Source: Vulcanimicrobiota bacterium
Lineage (GTDB): Bacteria; Vulcanimicrobiota; Vulcanimicrobiia; Vulcanimicrobiales; Vulcanimicrobiaceae
Direction: 5' to 3'
DNA: 64,000 nt
Assembly: GCA_963758805.1 (NCBI GenBank)
Contig: CAVWWP010000002.1
Location: forward strand, 222,918-286,917
In this document: positions 8,917-19,120 of the stretch, piece after piece
Position numbering within the stretch: the first letter of the stretch is position 1
Layout of the letters: the number at the start of each line of letters is the position of its first letter
Program-made: the position numbers and the translations under genes
The notes under the pieces: generated by a model
What the model saw: only the letters and a program-made list of their open reading frames with translations
What the model was told of the DNA's origin: nothing
Databases searched by the model: none

Positions 8917-9945
8917 GTGACACGATCGTTCATTCGTCGGATGCTGACGCTTGCGCTTGCCGCCTTCATGACGCTCCCGGCGGCCGCCGCGACGCAGCTC
9001 ACCGGCGCAGGATCGACCTTCGACTATCCTTTCTTCTCCAAAGCGTTTTACGTCTATAACCAAAAGAATCCGGACGTCACCGTCAACTATCAATCGATCG
9101 GCAGCGGCGGCGGCATCCAGCAGTTTACCGCTAAGACGGTAGATTTCGGTGCGACCGACGTGCCGATGAGCTCGGCCGAACTGGCCCGCGCCGGCGAGCC
9201 GGTGCTCCAGTTTCCGGTGACGCTCGGCGGCGCCGCGATCGCATACAATGTACCCGACGTTACGGCGACGATTCACTTGACGCGTCAGGTCATCGCCGAC
9301 ATCTATCTCGGCAAGGTCCTCAAGTGGAACGATCCTGCGATTGTGAAACTCAATCTGGGCGTGAAACTTCCCGACATGCCGATCGTCGTCGTGCACCGCT
9401 CCGACGGTTCGGGAACGAGCTACATCTTCACCGACTTCTTGAGCCACATTTCGCCGGAGTGGAAGAGCAAAGTCGGCACCGGCAAGAGCGTATCGTGGCC
9501 CGCGCCGAGCAGCGTCGGAGCGAAGGGCAACGAAGGCGTTGCCGGACAGGTCCGCAGCACGCCGGGTGCAATCGGCTACGTCGAGATGGCGTACGTCGTC
9601 GAAAATCACATGCCGGCAGCAACGCTCCAAAACAAAGCCGGCAAATGGGTCGCCTGCACGCCGGACACCGTCGCAGCCGCGGCTGCAACGAAGCCCGAAG
9701 TGAGCGCGACGAACTTCTCGATCGTCGATGCCGCGGGCGCGAACTCGTATCCGGTCGCCGGTTACTCGTGGATCGTCGTCTATAAGAAACCGGCCGACGC
9801 GTCCCGCGCCAAACTCATCAATAGCGTGCTCAGGTGGTTGGTCGGCCCGGAGGGTCAGGCCAACGCGAAATCCGTCGACTACGTGCCGCTTCCGCCCAAC
9901 GTGCAAGCGGCGGCCGATGCGACGCTCAAGCAGATGCAACTCTGA
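8917..9945 (+). CDS. pstS: Phosphate ABC transporter substrate-binding protein
   Basis: TAAGGAG SD 8904..8910 and GTG 8917. Signal peptide, then GAGSTFDYPFFSKAF and HRSDGSGTSYIFTDFL motifs. Confidence 0.9.
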   Translation: MTRSFIRRMLTLALAAFMTLPAAAATQLTGAGSTFDYPFFSKAFYVYNQKNPDVTVNYQSIGSGGGIQQFTAKTVDFGATDVPMSSAELARAGEPVLQFPVTLGGAAIAYNVPDVTATIHLTRQVIADIYLGKVLKWNDPAIVKLNLGVKLPDMPIVVVHRSDGSGTSYIFTDFLSHISPEWKSKVGTGKSVSWPAPSSVGAKGNEGVAGQVRSTPGAIGYVEMAYVVENHMPAATLQNKAGKWVACTPDTVAAAAATKPEVSATNFSIVDAAGANSYPVAGYSWIVVYKKPADASRAKLINSVLRWLVGPEGQANAKSVDYVPLPPNVQAAADATLKQMQL

Positions 9946-10019
9946 TCTGGGCTGCCTCGGACACCTATCGCGGGTCGGGGCCGAACGGCCTCGACCCTGT
10001 CATTCCGTGAGTAGGACCA

Positions 10020-10973
10020 GTGGAGAAGGCTGAACCACAATTTCGGCGCCTAGCGCGCTTCGTCAGTCCGGCCGACCGCACGTTCGCTGCGGTCGTCTAC
10101 GGCGGAAGCCTGCTGTTTGCGGTCCTCGTCGCAGGCCTGTTTTTCGTCTTGCTGCGCGGCTCGTGGCCGGCGATCGTCGCGTTCGGCCCGTCGTTCATTT
10201 GGAAGAGCTCGTGGAATCCAATCACGAGTAACTTCGGTGCGTTGCCGATGATCTACGGAACGGTCGTGACGTCGTTGATCGCGATCGCGCTGGCAGCGTT
10301 CGTAGGCATTCTGGCGGCGGTCTTTCTCGCCGACTTTGCTCCGCGGTGGCTCGCAACGCCGCTCTCATTCCTCATCGAGCTGCTCGCCGCCGTCCCGAGC
10401 GTCGTGTACGGACTCTGGGGATTGTTCGTGCTTTCGCCTTTCGTTCGAACGCAAATCGGACCGGCGTTGAAAGCCGTGTTGGGCTGGACGCCGCTTTTTT
10501 CAGGCCCGATCTACGGCGTCGGACTCCTGACGGCGGGAATCATCCTCGCGCTCATGATCGTACCGACGGTCACGGCGATTTCGCGCGACGTTGTCGCCGC
10601 TATTCCGCGCGATCTGCGCGAAGCCTCGATGGCGTTAGGATCGACAAAGTGGGAAACGGCGATTCGGGTCGTCCTGCCGGCTGCGCGGGTCGGCGTCTTT
10701 GGCGCGTGCGTCTTGGCGCTCGGCCGTGCGCTCGGCGAAACGATCGCGGTAACGATGGTCATTGGGAATCGCCCCGACATATCGGCCTCGCTCTTCGCGC
10801 CCTCGTACACACTCGCAAGCGTAATCGCGAACGAGTTTACCGAAGCGACCACTGACATTTACATCAGCGCGCTGATCGAGCTGGGGTTGATCTTGTTCTT
10901 CGTCAGCGTGGTCGTCAATGCAATCGCACGTCTCATGATCTGGAGCGTGCGCGGCTCCGAGCGGACGATGTAA
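10020..10973 (+). CDS. pstC: Phosphate ABC transporter permease PstC
   Basis: 6-TM permease with EAS..LG..KWET.. motif (REASMALGSTKWETAIRVVLP). Confidence 0.9.
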   Translation: MEKAEPQFRRLARFVSPADRTFAAVVYGGSLLFAVLVAGLFFVLLRGSWPAIVAFGPSFIWKSSWNPITSNFGALPMIYGTVVTSLIAIALAAFVGILAAVFLADFAPRWLATPLSFLIELLAAVPSVVYGLWGLFVLSPFVRTQIGPALKAVLGWTPLFSGPIYGVGLLTAGIILALMIVPTVTAISRDVVAAIPRDLREASMALGSTKWETAIRVVLPAARVGVFGACVLALGRALGETIAVTMVIGNRPDISASLFAPSYTLASVIANEFTEATTDIYISALIELGLILFFVSVVVNAIARLMIWSVRGSERTM

Positions 10974-11857
10974 TGGCCACTGCGGTCGCTCGCCTCATGC
11001 AGGCGCGCCAAGGCTCGCTACGGCGGCGGCGTATCAACGGCATTCTCGGCACCGGGTTGGCACTGCTCTGTGCGATTATTGCAGCGGCCTCGCTCGTGGC
11101 GATCCTCGGCTACGTCGTGGTCCAGGGCGTCGGCGCGATCAACTGGGCGTTTCTTACGCAGCTGCCGCATCCGGTCGGCGTTCCCGGCGGCGGCGTGGGC
11201 AACGGTATCCTAGGCAGCATCATCATCATCGGCGTCGCGACGGGGATGGCAATTCCGATCGGCCTCCTCACGGCCATCTATCTCTCGCTCTTCGGGCGCG
11301 GCGTGATTCCGGAGACATTACGCTTTCTCTCCGACGTACTCTCCGGCATTCCGAGCATCGCTATCGGACTCTTCGCATATACGCTGCTCGTCGCGCCGTT
11401 CAAGCATTTCTCGGCATTTTCGGCGTCGTTCGCGTTCATGATGCTCATGTTGCCCCTTCTCATCCGCACGTCGGAACAGGCGATTCGATCGGTACCGCAA
11501 GCAGTGCGCGAGGGCGCGCTGGCGCTGGGAATGTCGAACTTCCGCGCGACCGTACGTATCGTGTTGCCCACAGCCATGCCCGCGATCATTACGGCTCTGC
11601 TACTCGCGATCGCACGCGTGACCGGCGAGACGGCGCCGCTGCTCTTCACTGCGTTCGGCAGCCAGTTCTGGGAGAGCAATCCGGGCAACCCGATGGCCGA
11701 GCTTTCGCTGCAAGTCTTCACGTACGCGATCTCGCCTTATCCGAGTTGGCAGCAGCAGGCGTGGGGCGGTGCGTTGTTGCTGATCTGCGCCGTTTTCGTG
11801 CTTAGCTTGGGCGCACGCCTGATGTTGCGACGCGCAATGAAGGGATTGGGCGAATGA
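10973..11857 (+). CDS. pstA: Phosphate ABC transporter permease PstA
   Basis: Start overlaps the pstC stop. [21 protein letters not shown] permease motif. Confidence 0.9.
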   Translation: MATAVARLMQARQGSLRRRRINGILGTGLALLCAIIAAASLVAILGYVVVQGVGAINWAFLTQLPHPVGVPGGGVGNGILGSIIIIGVATGMAIPIGLLTAIYLSLFGRGVIPETLRFLSDVLSGIPSIAIGLFAYTLLVAPFKHFSAFSASFAFMMLMLPLLIRTSEQAIRSVPQAVREGALALGMSNFRATVRIVLPTAMPAIITALLLAIARVTGETAPLLFTAFGSQFWESNPGNPMAELSLQVFTYAISPYPSWQQQAWGGALLLICAVFVLSLGARLMLRRAMKGLGE

Positions 11858-12642
11858 CCGCAACCGAGGCCGTCGGCACGGAGGTTCTCGCATCGCGGGC
11901 GCTCAGCGCGTACTACGGCGATCGAAAAGCCGTCGGCGAGGTAACGATCGAGTTCCGGCGCAAGGCGGTCACCGCGCTCATCGGCCCGTCGGGATGCGGG
12001 AAGACGACGTTTCTGCGCTGCCTGAACCGGATTCACGAAGTCTTATTCGATGCGCGCGTCGAGGGCAGCGTGCTCCTCGAGGGCGAGGATATCTACGAAA
12101 CCGGCGTGGATCCGATGTCGATTCGACGGCGTATCGGCATGGTATTTCAGCGTCCCAATCCGTTCCCGACGCTCTCGATTCTCGATAATACGGTCGCGTC
12201 CGCAGGCCGCTCGCTCAACGGTGCGCGGCGTCTGGAGACGGCCGAGCGCGCGTTGCGTGCCGCGGCGCTTTGGGACGAGGTCAAGGACAAGCTCAAGACG
12301 AGCCCACTGCGCCTATCGGGCGGTCAGCAGCAGCGTCTCTGCATCGCGCGCGCCGTCGCCGCCGAACCCGACGTGCTGCTCATGGACGAACCGACGGCAT
12401 CGCTCGACCCGATTGCGACTGCAACCATCGAGGAGCTGATGGCGACGCTCGCGCAGAACTTCACAATCGTTTCAGTGACGCACAACATGCAGCAAGCGGC
12501 GCGCGTCTCCGACGTCACGGCGTTCATGCTGGCCGACGAGACGGGCATCGGGCGCCTCATCGAAGTCGACGACACCGCAAAACTCTTTACCAAACCGCGC
12601 GATCGTCGCACCGAGGATTATATTACCGGGCGTTTTGGTTAG
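11854..12642 (+). CDS. pstB: Phosphate ABC transporter ATP-binding protein
   Basis: Walker [10 protein letters not shown], signature [14 protein letters not shown], Walker B LLMDEP. 4-nt overlap with pstA. Confidence 0.95.
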   Translation: MTATEAVGTEVLASRALSAYYGDRKAVGEVTIEFRRKAVTALIGPSGCGKTTFLRCLNRIHEVLFDARVEGSVLLEGEDIYETGVDPMSIRRRIGMVFQRPNPFPTLSILDNTVASAGRSLNGARRLETAERALRAAALWDEVKDKLKTSPLRLSGGQQQRLCIARAVAAEPDVLLMDEPTASLDPIATATIEELMATLAQNFTIVSVTHNMQQAARVSDVTAFMLADETGIGRLIEVDDTAKLFTKPRDRRTEDYITGRFG

Positions 12643-12717
12643 CGTATTCGCAAGCCTAGGAACGCGCGGAACGAAGCGGAACCTTCCATGCCCGAACAGA
12701 CTGGAGGGAGGCGTTTC

Positions 12718-13458
12718 GTGTTTGAAGGACGGGTAGCATTGGTCACGGGCGGCACGCGTGGAATCGGTGCTGCGATCACGCAGGCGCTCGCTGCCAGCGG
12801 CGCATCGGTCGCGGCGGGATACAGTCGCGGTAAAGGGAGCGCGGAAGCCTTCGCGCAGCAGATGGCCGCTAAGGGCGCCAACGTCTCGACTCATCAAGGA
12901 CGCGTCGATGATGCGGCGGATTGCAATCGGGTCGCCGAAGAGGTCATGCAGCGTTTCGGGCGGATCGACTACTTGGTCAACAACGCCGGCATCACGGTCG
13001 ACAAAACCGTCCGCAAAATGACGATTGAGGATTGGCATCAGGTCCTCCGCGTGAATCTCTCGGGCGCCTTTCACATGACCAAGGCCGTGCTCGAGCATAT
13101 GATCGAACGCGGCTCGGGCCGCATCGTCAATATCAGTTCCGTGATTGGCGAGACCGGGAATATCGGTCAGGCGAACTATGCGGCGTCAAAAGCCGGTCTG
13201 TCCGGATTCACGAAGAGCCTCGCGCTCGAGATGGCGCAGCGCGGCATCACCGTCAACTGCGTCGCGCCGGGCTTCATCGAGACCGAGATGGTTGCGGCGA
13301 TTCCCGAGGCGACGCTGGCGAAGGTCGTCGAAAAGATCCCTCAACGGCGGCTCGGACGACCGGAGGAAGTCGCGCGCGTCGTGCGGTTTCTGCTCGAAGA
13401 CGAGTCGAGCTACATCACTGGGGCCGTCTACTCGATCAACGGCGGTTTAGATATGTAA
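12718..13458 (+). CDS. Acetoacetyl-CoA / 3-oxoacyl reductase (PhaB/FabG-type SDR), copy 1
   Basis: GGAGGGAGG SD then GTG 12718 (an ATG at 12688 is also open). TGGTRGIGAAI, NNAG and S..Y...K (SSVIGETGNIGQANYAASKAG). Confidence 0.8.
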   Translation: MFEGRVALVTGGTRGIGAAITQALAASGASVAAGYSRGKGSAEAFAQQMAAKGANVSTHQGRVDDAADCNRVAEEVMQRFGRIDYLVNNAGITVDKTVRKMTIEDWHQVLRVNLSGAFHMTKAVLEHMIERGSGRIVNISSVIGETGNIGQANYAASKAGLSGFTKSLALEMAQRGITVNCVAPGFIETEMVAAIPEATLAKVVEKIPQRRLGRPEEVARVVRFLLEDESSYITGAVYSINGGLDM

Positions 13459-13504
13459 GCGGCCGGCAAAGGTCTGAAGGCACGATGCTGCGTAAACCTA
13501 GCGC

Positions 13505-14260
13505 GTGGATAGTTTACCGCTCTCAGGCCGCGTCGGAATCGTTACCGGCGGCGGACGCGGCATCGGCGCCGCAGTCAGTTCCATTCTCGCCCACGACGGC
13601 GCTTCGGTCGCAGTTTTAGGGTTGCCCGAGGATCACGCGCGAACCGCACATCTGCGTTCCCGGCTCAACGGCGCCTCGGAGCGCATTCATTTTTACGAGA
13701 CCAACGTCGGCATCTTCGACCAATGCCGCGCCGCGATCGCGACCGTACTGGCCGAACACGGCCGGATCGATTATCTGGTGAACAACGCCGGGATTACGCG
13801 CGACCATACGGTCCGCAAGATGACGATCGACGAATGGGAGGCGGTCCTGCAGGTGAATCTTTCAGGGCCGTTTTTCATGATCAAGGCCGTCCTCGAAACG
13901 ATGGTCGAGCAGAAGTTTGGGCGGATCGTCAACGTCAGCTCGGTCGTCGGCGAGACGGGAAACTTCGGGCAAGCGAACTACGCGGCGGCAAAAGCCGGAC
14001 TGATCGGATTGACGAAGAGCGTCGCGCGCGAAGTCGCAAAGCAGGGCGTGACCGTCAATGCCGTCGCGCCGGGCTTCATCGACACCGACATGACGAAAGC
14101 GATGCCCTCCGAAGCGATCGAACATGCGATCTCGCGAACGCCGAAGCTGCGGCTGGGGCAGCCGGACGAAGTCGCACACGTCATCCGGTTCCTCCTGGAC
14201 GAGCGTGCGGCGTATATCACAGGCGCGGTCTACGACATCAACGGCGGATGGTACATGTGA
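13505..14260 (+). CDS. Acetoacetyl-CoA / 3-oxoacyl reductase (PhaB/FabG-type SDR), copy 2 (tandem paralogue)
   Basis: TGGGRGIGAAV, NNAG, SSVVGETGNFGQANYAAAKAG. Long blocks are near-identical to copy 1. Confidence 0.8.
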   Translation: MDSLPLSGRVGIVTGGGRGIGAAVSSILAHDGASVAVLGLPEDHARTAHLRSRLNGASERIHFYETNVGIFDQCRAAIATVLAEHGRIDYLVNNAGITRDHTVRKMTIDEWEAVLQVNLSGPFFMIKAVLETMVEQKFGRIVNVSSVVGETGNFGQANYAAAKAGLIGLTKSVAREVAKQGVTVNAVAPGFIDTDMTKAMPSEAIEHAISRTPKLRLGQPDEVAHVIRFLLDERAAYITGAVYDINGGWYM

Positions 14261-14261
14261 G

Positions 14262-15980
14262 ATGAACGGCGCAATAGGACCCGATGAGTTAAGCTACGGA
14301 ATCGACGTCACCGGACTGGATCCGGCGTCGCTAACGGATGCGCTGCGCGCGGTGATAGCCGACGCGATGATGGATCCGCTGCGCATGAGCACGTGGCTCT
14401 CTGGATTGGCGCTCGCCGAGCAGAGCGTCGGCGTCAATATGCTGCGACGCTTGGGGGGCGAGCCGGCGCCGAACGCCGGCAGCGACGACAAACGGTTCGC
14501 TGAGCCGGAGTGGAGCACCAACCCAATGCTCGCGGGTCTGGTCGAGGATTATCGCATCCGCACCCAGGCGGCGCTGCAACTCGTCGACTCCGCCCGCCTC
14601 CCCGAGGCAACGCGGCGCAAGGCGCGCTTCGCCATGCAGCTCATGTGCGATGCATTCGCGCCGAGCAACATTCCGTGGCTCAATCCCGGCGTCGTAAAGG
14701 AAGCCGCCGAGAGCGGCGGCCTCAGCCTCGTACGCGGCCTGCAAAACTTTCTCGACGACGTCCAGAGCAATGGAGGCTATCCGCGACAGGTCGACCGCTC
14801 CAGCTTCGAACTCGGCGTAAGCCTCGCCGCCACACCGGGTCGCGTGGTGATGCGCAACGACCTCATCGAGTTGATTGCATACGAGCCGCAGACGCCGGAG
14901 GTGCATAAGAAGCCGCTTCTCTGCAGTCCTCCGTGGATCAATAAGTACTACATTATGGACCTTTCGCCGGGCCGATCGTTCGTCGAATGGGCGATCAGAC
15001 ACGGACACCAAACGTTCATGATCTCGTATCGCAACCCTGATGAGTCGATGGCCGGCTACACGATGGACGACTACCTGCGTCAAGGCGTCCTCGCTGCGCT
15101 GGATGCCGTCTGCGACATCACCGGCGCCAAGAAGGTGAATATCGCGGGGCTGTGTCTGGGTGGAACGCTCGCACTGATCGCGATGGCCTACCTGGCTGCG
15201 CACGATCACGCCAAGCGCATCGGCTGCGCGACGGTGACGAACACGCTCATCGACTTCGGAATGCCCGGCGATCTGGGCGTCTTTACGGACGAAGAGACAA
15301 TCGTTCGCCTCGAGCGTCGCATGCACGAGCGCGGCTACCTCGACTCGGCCCAGATGGGGAAGACCTTCGATTGGATGCGCTCGAGCGACCTGATCTGGAG
15401 CTACGTTGTGAACAATTGGTTCAAGGGAAAGCAGCCGCCGGCATTTGACATCCTGGCCTGGAACAACGACTCAACGCGAATGCCGGTCGCGATGCACTCG
15501 CAGTACCTGCGCTCCTGCTACCTGCACAACGCGGTCGTGAAGCCGAACGAGTTCGTCATCGACGATACGCCGATCGACCTCAGTGAGATCGAGACGCCGC
15601 TTTACGTGCTTGGAGCGGAGAGCGATCATATTGCGCCGTGGCGCGCGAGCTATCTCACGACGCAATACGTCGGGGGTAAATCGCATTATGTCCTAACCAA
15701 CTCCGGCCACATCGCGGGAATCGTGAATCCACCGGGGGGGAAGAAGAGCTCGTATTATTCCAAGCCGCTCGCGCGCCACGGTGAGAGCGCAGACGATTGG
15801 CTGGCGAGCGCGAAGCGCCACGAGGGCTCGTGGTGGCTGGATTGGGCCGAGTGGATCGAGGAGTATGCAGGTGCGTTACGGGCCCCCTATCCGCTTCCGG
15901 AGGGTGAACCCGCGCCTGGCCGGTACGTTCGGAACGAAAGCGGGCCGCGGTTTAGCGAAGGTACGGCAGTACGATCATGA
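14262..15980 (+). CDS. phaC: Poly(3-hydroxyalkanoate) synthase, class I/II type
   Basis: ATG 14262 directly after the SDR stop. PPWINKYYIMDL, lipase-box GLCLGG, and C-terminal alpha/beta-hydrolase region with catalytic-type Asp/His context (SDHIAPW, NSGHIAG). Confidence 0.9.
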   Translation: MNGAIGPDELSYGIDVTGLDPASLTDALRAVIADAMMDPLRMSTWLSGLALAEQSVGVNMLRRLGGEPAPNAGSDDKRFAEPEWSTNPMLAGLVEDYRIRTQAALQLVDSARLPEATRRKARFAMQLMCDAFAPSNIPWLNPGVVKEAAESGGLSLVRGLQNFLDDVQSNGGYPRQVDRSSFELGVSLAATPGRVVMRNDLIELIAYEPQTPEVHKKPLLCSPPWINKYYIMDLSPGRSFVEWAIRHGHQTFMISYRNPDESMAGYTMDDYLRQGVLAALDAVCDITGAKKVNIAGLCLGGTLALIAMAYLAAHDHAKRIGCATVTNTLIDFGMPGDLGVFTDEETIVRLERRMHERGYLDSAQMGKTFDWMRSSDLIWSYVVNNWFKGKQPPAFDILAWNNDSTRMPVAMHSQYLRSCYLHNAVVKPNEFVIDDTPIDLSEIETPLYVLGAESDHIAPWRASYLTTQYVGGKSHYVLTNSGHIAGIVNPPGGKKSSYYSKPLARHGESADDWLASAKRHEGSWWLDWAEWIEEYAGALRAPYPLPEGEPAPGRYVRNESGPRFSEGTAVRS

Positions 15981-16339
15981 GCGACGACGAGAAGAACGGG
16001 ACCTGGAGCAGTCTGGGTGAGTTCATTCGCTCGCAGCGAGAGCTGGCGAACCTCTCGATGCGGCAGCTTGCCGAGATCGCGAAGATCTCGAACCCATACC
16101 TGAGCCAGGTCGAGCGCGGGCTCTACAAACCGTCGGCCGACGTGCTCAAGAGCATCGCCAACGCACTGCACATGTCGGCTGAGACGATGTACGCCCAAGC
16201 CGGCCTCTTGGACGATAGCGATACCGGCGGCGCGAGCCATCATGGCGTCGAGCAGGCGATCAAGCTCGACCCGCGCCTGACCGTGGACCAGAAGGAGGCC
16301 CTGATGCGCATCTACCGGAGCTTCGTCGGCCGCGAATAG
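15977..16339 (+). CDS. XRE-family helix-turn-helix transcriptional regulator
   Basis: ATGA overlap with the phaC stop. LSMRQLAEIAKISNPYLSQVERG HTH. Confidence 0.8.
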   Translation: MSDDEKNGTWSSLGEFIRSQRELANLSMRQLAEIAKISNPYLSQVERGLYKPSADVLKSIANALHMSAETMYAQAGLLDDSDTGGASHHGVEQAIKLDPRLTVDQKEALMRIYRSFVGRE

Positions 16340-16371
16340 TCGACCAGCCGCTGGGTTGGCTTGGTTCGAGC

Positions 16372-16401
16372 TTGACAGATACAGCGGGTGCTTGGTATAC
16401 T
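16372..16401 (+). promoter_or_regulatory. Near-consensus sigma-70 promoter for the phasin-like gene
   Basis: TTGACA 16372..16377, 18-nt spacer with TG at 16393..16394, TATACT 16396..16401. Confidence 0.55.
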
Positions 16402-16444
16402 TAGCGCATCCCAAACCAATAGCCTAAAGGAGAGCGCAGATACC

Positions 16445-16765
16445 ATGGCCGTCAACGTCGCAGAGTACATGACCAAACTTCAAGAAGAGAGCCTTGCCGC
16501 GATCAAGCAGACTCAAGAGTCCAGCCTGGCCGCGATGAACACGCTCACCGAGATGAGCAAAGAGTTTGCCGGCAAGCCCGGCGAGATGCCGGCGATCGAG
16601 AACTTGCCGACCCCCACGCAGCTGGTCGAGCTTTCGTTCGGTTTCGCCAGCCAGGTGCTCGAGCTTCGCAAGGCGTTCACGCTCAAAGTCGCCGAGATGA
16701 TCGTCGACACGCAGAAGCAAGCCGAGACGACGTTCAAAGCCGCCGTCGAGAAGGCTTCGAAGTAA
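16445..16765 (+). CDS. Small all-helical protein, phasin-like by context (tentative)
   Basis: AAGGAGAG SD and ATG 16445, downstream of the predicted TSS. 106 aa, amphipathic and Ala/Glu/Lys/Gln-rich, adjacent to phaC. Confidence 0.5.
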   Translation: MAVNVAEYMTKLQEESLAAIKQTQESSLAAMNTLTEMSKEFAGKPGEMPAIENLPTPTQLVELSFGFASQVLELRKAFTLKVAEMIVDTQKQAETTFKAAVEKASK

Positions 16766-16800
16766 GGGTTTCGTCCCAAACAGGACCTCTATCGGGAAAA

Positions 16801-16830
16801 AGGCCGCTCGCATGTCGGGCGGTTTTTTTT
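16801..16830 (+). terminator. Rho-independent terminator
   Basis: Stem CCGCTCG / CGGGCGG (one G-U), loop CATGT, followed by T8 (16823..16830). Confidence 0.7.
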
Positions 16831-16853
16831 ATTACATGCGGAAGGCTCGCTCT

Positions 16854-17708
16854 ATGGACGCCGTCGCGACGCAAACAATTCGAATCGGCGAAGAGCTGAT
16901 CGTCAATCGGCTCGGCTTCGGTGCGATGCGGTTGTGCGGTCCGCGCGTTGTAGGCTGGCCGGCGGATCGCGAGAATGCGCAGCGCGTCTTGCGCCGGGTC
17001 GTCGAACTCGGTGTCAACTTCATCGATACCGCCGACGCCTACGGGCCGGCTGTCAACGAGGAGCAGATCGCGCAGGCGCTCTATCCTTATCCGCGCGATT
17101 TGGTTATTGCAACCAAAGGCGGTTCCGTTCGCACTCCGGACGGGGCGTGGGAGCGCGACGGCCGCCGGGAACATCTCGTACGCGCGTGCGATGAGAGCTT
17201 GCGGCGTCTGCGACTCGACCGCATCGATCTCTATCAGCTTCACGCCGTTGACACCGAAGTGCCGTTCGACGAGCAGATCGGCGCGCTGCGCGAGCTACGC
17301 GATGCCGGCAAAATCCTGTACGTCGGCCTTTCGAACGTGAGCCTCGAGCAGCTGCAGCGCGCGCGAGAGATCGTCGAGATCGCTTCAGTCCAGAACAACT
17401 ACAACGTAGGCAATCGTGCGAGCGAACCGATTCTCGAGTACTGCGAGGCGCACCGGATCGCGTTCATTCCGTACTTTCCGCTCGATGGCGGGGATATCCA
17501 TGCGGTCGAAGCACTGGAACCGATCGCGAAGGCGCACGGCGCGACGATTTGGCAAGTCGCGCTCGCATGGCTGCTCCACCGATCGGCGGCTTTGTTGCCG
17601 ATTCCCGGAACTTCTTCGATTCGACATCTCGAGGAGAACGTTTCCGCGCAGCACTTGCGGCTAAGCGCCCAGGAGTACGCGGCACTCGACGGCGTCGCGG
17701 CCGAGTAG
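16854..17708 (+). CDS. Aldo/keto reductase
   Basis: LGFGAMRL, FIDTADAYG, LDRIDLYQLH and LLPIPGTSSIRHLEEN motifs. ATG 16854 chosen because the ORF start at 16812 lies inside the terminator. Confidence 0.85.
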   Translation: MDAVATQTIRIGEELIVNRLGFGAMRLCGPRVVGWPADRENAQRVLRRVVELGVNFIDTADAYGPAVNEEQIAQALYPYPRDLVIATKGGSVRTPDGAWERDGRREHLVRACDESLRRLRLDRIDLYQLHAVDTEVPFDEQIGALRELRDAGKILYVGLSNVSLEQLQRAREIVEIASVQNNYNVGNRASEPILEYCEAHRIAFIPYFPLDGGDIHAVEALEPIAKAHGATIWQVALAWLLHRSAALLPIPGTSSIRHLEENVSAQHLRLSAQEYAALDGVAAE

Positions 17709-17710
17709 CA

Positions 17711-18637
17711 GTGAGTCCGGCAGGCGCCGTGCTTGCTATACTGGCGGCGCTCAGCTGGGGAACCTCATTTCCGGCAATCGCGCAGTGCATGATTCTCATT
17801 GCGCCGCTCTGGGTCACGACGATCCGCTTCGGCGCCGCGTTGCCGCTGCTCGCCGCGGTCACCTATCGGCTCGAGGGCGCCAAGGCCTTTCGGCTCGAGG
17901 GACGCGGGATGCGCGTCTTTCTGATTGGTGCGATTGGAATGGGCGGCTACAACGTGTTTGCCGTCTTTGGTATCAAGCTCGCCGGAGCGGAACATGCGGC
18001 GCTGCTCTTCGCGATGGTTCCGTTGTTAACGGCGCTCGTGAACGCCATTCGTACGCGCCGCCCGCCTACGGCGTTGACGCTCGTCTGCATGCTTGTTGCG
18101 CTGGGCGGCATCGCGCTCGTCATCACGGGAGGACGCCTCGATACGTTTGCACGCACGGCGTCGTTCGGAGGCGACGCGTTGCTGCTAATCGCGTCGTTTA
18201 CGTGGGTCTACTATACGATCGCGCGCGTCGATTATTCAACGTGGTCGGCGCTACGCTTTACAACGTTAACGCTCGTCGGCGGGGAAATCGCGATCGTCAT
18301 CGCCACCATTATCGCCTCGACGTTCTTCGGCCAAGCGATTCCGACGGCCGAAAACCTAGCATCCTCGGCGTGGCTCTTCGCCTACGTGAGCGTCGTGCCG
18401 GTGATCGTCGCGCTGCTCTGCTACAACGGCGCGATCGCGCGTCTCGGGCCTGACCGAGCCGCGCTCTTCATCAATCTCGTTCCCGTCGTGACGTTCGGCG
18501 TACAGGTCGCGCTCGGCGTGCATCTCGCGCCGATCGAATATGCCGGCGCGGCGATCGTACTGGTCGCGCTCGTCGCCAACAACCTATTCTCACCCGCGGC
18601 CGCAAGCCAGGCGCACGCGCATCCGCGCGTGGCCTAA
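17711..18637 (+). CDS. DMT-superfamily (EamA-like) transporter
   Basis: GTG 17711, 3 nt after the AKR stop. 10-TM pattern with two EamA repeats (LAALSWGTSFPAI...). Confidence 0.8.
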   Translation: MSPAGAVLAILAALSWGTSFPAIAQCMILIAPLWVTTIRFGAALPLLAAVTYRLEGAKAFRLEGRGMRVFLIGAIGMGGYNVFAVFGIKLAGAEHAALLFAMVPLLTALVNAIRTRRPPTALTLVCMLVALGGIALVITGGRLDTFARTASFGGDALLLIASFTWVYYTIARVDYSTWSALRFTTLTLVGGEIAIVIATIIASTFFGQAIPTAENLASSAWLFAYVSVVPVIVALLCYNGAIARLGPDRAALFINLVPVVTFGVQVALGVHLAPIEYAGAAIVLVALVANNLFSPAAASQAHAHPRVA

Positions 18638-18996
18638 AACTTTAGCTTGTAGGTTGCGGGGAACGGATTGGCGCAATGTCCGGCAAACTGCGCGGAGCTG
18701 CCGATACCTTGCGCTGCGCTGACGCAGAGTATCTGGTTGGTCGGCAGATTCGAAAAGGTGACCTGACCATTCGTGTTAGTCGTTTGGGTCGTTATCACGC
18801 CGGTCGGGGTGGTACCGTTAAGACCCGACGAGAGGGTCACGACGATCCCGGCAACGGCAACGCCGCTTGCGGTTTGGACGGTCACGATCGTGGAAGGTCC
18901 GAAGGTCGGCGTCGGGCCGGTCGTCGAGTTCGTGTTGCATCCCGCCAAGAGTCCAAACAATCCGACGATTCCGATGCAGCGACGTATCACAGTCAT
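18634..18996 (-). CDS. Small lipoprotein, Thr/Gly-rich beta-type domain, function unknown
   Basis: Lipobox GLFGLLAGC. VQTASGVAVAGIVVTLSSG resembles carboxypeptidase-regulatory/Ig-like folds. Confidence 0.5.
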   Translation of the reverse strand: MTVIRRCIGIVGLFGLLAGCNTNSTTGPTPTFGPSTIVTVQTASGVAVAGIVVTLSSGLNGTTPTGVITTQTTNTNGQVTFSNLPTNQILCVSAAQGIGSSAQFAGHCANPFPATYKLKF

Positions 18997-19120
18997 ACAG
19001 CCTTTCCTCGTAAGGTCTCTCCGCCAACGCGGCGAGTTAGGCTCATTCTACCAAAGCTTCCGTTATCGACAAGGCCAAGCGTGCAAGGCTTTATTCCGAT
19101 TTAATCTAACGAGCAGACAC

